From Harriotta raleighana (taxonomy: Eukaryota), in contig JBNZDD010013718.1 in the NCBI GenBank assembly GCA_050575255.1, positions 4,618,261-4,682,260 of the forward strand: DNA of 64,000 bases. Direction: 5' to 3'. The first letter of the stretch is position 1. Each line of letters starts with the position of its first letter. Below, piece by piece: positions 61,328-64,000 of this stretch. The notes beneath the pieces are model-generated. The model was not told the origin of the DNA. It did not search any database and worked only from the letters and a program-made list of their open reading frames with translations. A program made the position numbers and the translations under genes.

Positions 61328-63544
61328 GTCAGAGCCAGGCCCTGGCTTTCTAATTTCTAATTTCACTCCTGGAGAAATAAAATGATCACATTTACAATGT
61401 CAGACAAATGTTTAAATGGCCAAGATTTTCACAAGACAATGGAATTAATATTTTAATGGTGGATTGCCCTGATCTTTTAGCTACTAGTTGTATTACAGAG
61501 AGATATCATGTATTTTTTGTTCACCTTCCTCTTTCAATTCAGACCTTGATGATGTTTTTGGCAAAGGACCTTCCTCCATCCCTCCTTTTTGTCCTACCAT
61601 AAGTTACCCCATCAGTTCTGTGGTGTGGGAGTTGCTGCATTGTTGGAGGTAGTGTCCTTGGGGTGACTCATCAAATCAATACCTGTTACTTTTCTGGTAG
61701 ATGTTAAATTTCTCATGGTGTTACACAGTTTGCTGAATCAAGATTCTGTCAGCTTCTCTACATTGTCTTTCTAAAATCAGATATGCCGTGCTAATCACCT
61801 CTTTAAAAGATTTTTTGCTTGGGTCTCTATGATTCATTGTCCGCTTTCTGAGAGTTGTCAACCTTCATACCCTCCAGCAATATGCCTCACGCTCCACCAG
61901 AGTTTGATCAACTTCTATCTGTTTATTTTGTGTGACTGCTCCTCAGCTGGTGTATACAATGGCTGTACTCCCTGCAGGGCTGACTTGCTCAGAGAGATCT
62001 AAACCCCAAGTAACAAGAACTGTCAACATTTTCTGCATGCCAAGATAATACAATGCAATACTGTTTCCAGGTCATACTTTAACTTAAAGATCACATTAAT
62101 GTTGGAATGGCTTTTTGTGCCTTTCTTGTGATATCTGTCATACTACAAAACTGGATAGTACTGAAGGCATTATTGGGAGCTGATAAATGCATTTCCTTCA
62201 CTCTATGTGCCCACCCTCTTAAGGTTGGTTTGTTTATCATAGAAGCAACAGAGCTTTCCTCAACTAGGGTCACCACAGTTAAATCCCCTGACACTCCTCC
62301 CGTTTACTTCATCTTATTCTATGTTATTCTATGACGATTTAAACTGCTGAAACAAATGTTTCATTAATATTCTGGGCCAATGAGAATGACACAACATTGC
62401 ATTCATTCTGTGGCAATGAAACTCCATGTAGCATTTTGTTCACCTTGGACTATGTGTAACATAAGAACTGCTGCAGTACTTGCCAAACCACAAGCTCCCA
62501 TTCACAGCAAGGATATGTAATGCATTGAAACTGATGTCTATATCCTAACACTGTCTAGTTAAGGTGTTATGAGACACTGCTTCTACCAAGCTATTTCACC
62601 AAAATATGTGCCTCGGAGCTGTCTTATGAAGTGAACCACACTTGTTTATGTTGGATATAAAGCAAGTCCCCCAGGCAAAAGATTTCTGCCTATATTTACA
62701 TTTTTCATAGTGTTTTTACAGTGCACTATTTTGCTTGTGATGCCTGAATTAATAGCCCGACTATAATCTCCAGTTGCTAAAACCGGGGATGTATTTAGAG
62801 ATTGAGAATCAGAAACCACTTGCATGATGAATAATAATAACAACAGTACCTTCATTGTGTGATAGACTGTGTTTGCCAGAAAAACAGATTATTCACTATA
62901 ATCTTGAAGAAACCTCAGCAATGTGGACTCTTTTCTTAACCATAATTGTGATTGAAACACATGATCAATACACGTTGGTGTATTCTGAATCCATTTGAAT
63001 GACCTTTAATAATGGTTAACTATATGTAATCAACTTACTTTTAACAAATACACATGAAAGGGAGTTTTATTTTGATGGTAAGCATTTGATCATGATAGGA
63101 GTAGGGAATGTAAAAACAAATGACTAAAATAGTATGGGCTCAGCTTTTCTGGATTGAATGTGCTTGTTCATGCTCAGTTGGATTTTTATCAATGAGTAGT
63201 TTCATTATACATAAGCTTCTGGCAGGTATGTTCTACTCATGTTTTGACAGGTGAAATAAAATTTAACTTGATTTAGGATCAGAGCAAAAGCCCCTGACAA
63301 GAATGATTTCATTTGATGCAATTGGCTTATATTCTTGGCCGAAACCTTACATTTATTATTAGTAAAGAGAATTAAAAAATATTTATGATTAGAGGATTTC
63401 TACCATGGAGACTTTCTTTGTTGAGTCATTCGCACATGTGAGATTGGTTGAATAAAGAAAGCTGTTATAAATTGTTGGACATGTGTTAATTTTACATTTT
63501 CACAGATTGTTCTCTGTCATTTTGTTTTATTTCCTGTCTCCTAG
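61328..63544 (+). other. ADAMTSL3: ADAMTSL3 intron (2,217 nt, phase 2)
   Basis: GT..AG; the split codon AG|G gives Arg. Confidence 0.92.
61612..61722 (+). mobile_element. Old SacSINE1-like internal fragment
   Basis: gggagttgctgcattgttggaggt...ggtagatgttaaatttctcatgg. Confidence 0.5.
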
Positions 63545-63590
63545 GCATTGCGAAGGGCGAAATATTAGGTATAAAACTTGTAGCAGTATG
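63545..63590 (+). CDS. ADAMTSL3: ADAMTSL3 internal coding exon (second half of TSR1), 46 nt, phase 2-0
   Basis: Long polypyrimidine tract ending cctgtctcctAG (63543-63544) and strong donor ATG|GTAAGT at 63591. Translates (R)HCEGRNIRYKTCSSM, in frame with the previous exon and matching punctin CEGxNIRY(K/R)TCS. Confidence 0.95.
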
Positions 63591-64000
63591 GTAAGTAGTG
63601 AATTTCATGTATTTTTTGTACACACATGTGCAAATGTCTCTTTCAAAACTGCTGGGTGGACTTGAATGTTCAATTTGGTGTCATAGCTTTCTTCTCTGTG
63701 CATGGTTTTATAACTAAGGAATAGAAATCTCTATCCTCCTGATGTTTGCAGATGTTATTACAGAGGAATGGATTCCTTTCCTACTTCAAACACCAAGCAT
63801 CAATATTGAGTCTGCTGATGTAGCATGATTAGTATAGATAAAAGCCCCCCAGGTTCTGCTTCTCCAATATACGCTAATTCCACATCCCATACCAACATCT
63901 GAATGACTTCTCTACATTTGATTGACAGTACAGCATCACTGGTAATGGTTTGGAGACTGCACTGTCCAGGAATTACATTGAACTGGTTAACATCAATGCA

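Noticed and set aside
61200-63590. Assignment to ADAMTSL1 instead of ADAMTSL3
   Set aside because: CEGRNIRY and WGPW are ADAMTSL1-like. However, the upstream 120-nt YFLPEFALSPQGSFLEDTTGE exon and the TSRxTRSDEDK, WSDC and YKTC residues match ADAMTSL3.
63483-63665. 60-aa ORF as a standalone gene
   Set aside because: Only 63545-63590 is coding; the rest is read-through of the polypyrimidine tract and the downstream intron.
1-64000. A novel multi-gene system, CRISPR array or operon
   Set aside because: This is eukaryotic intronic DNA. There are no long ORFs and no regularly spaced repeat-spacer array. The ORF track entries are short, composition-driven or LINE-derived.

Overview
AT-rich vertebrate genomic DNA. 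The repeat content (tRNA-Ala-derived Deu-domain SINEs, L2, shark-type CR1 3' ends) points to a cartilaginous fish, probably elephant shark Callorhinchus milii; this is inference. The whole window appears to lie inside one + strand gene, ADAMTSL3 (punctin-2). Three short coding exons with canonical splice sites are readable: 10036-10155 (120 nt), 61200-61327 (128 nt) and 63545-63590 (46 nt). They splice in frame to [98 protein letters not shown], the N-terminal peptide plus the first thrombospondin type-1 repeat. I did not find the signal-peptide exon, which is probably upstream. The rest is intron, filled with SINE, L2, CR1 and RTE fragments, a hAT-type MITE and Tc1/mariner (Tigger-like) MITEs. 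About 3 kb is duplicated around single-N assembly joins. Almost all ORFs in the supplied track are spurious or LINE fragments. I see no evidence for a novel multi-gene system. The notable items are nested or polymorphic insertions, a perfect hairpin and a highly conserved putative pro-peptide exon.
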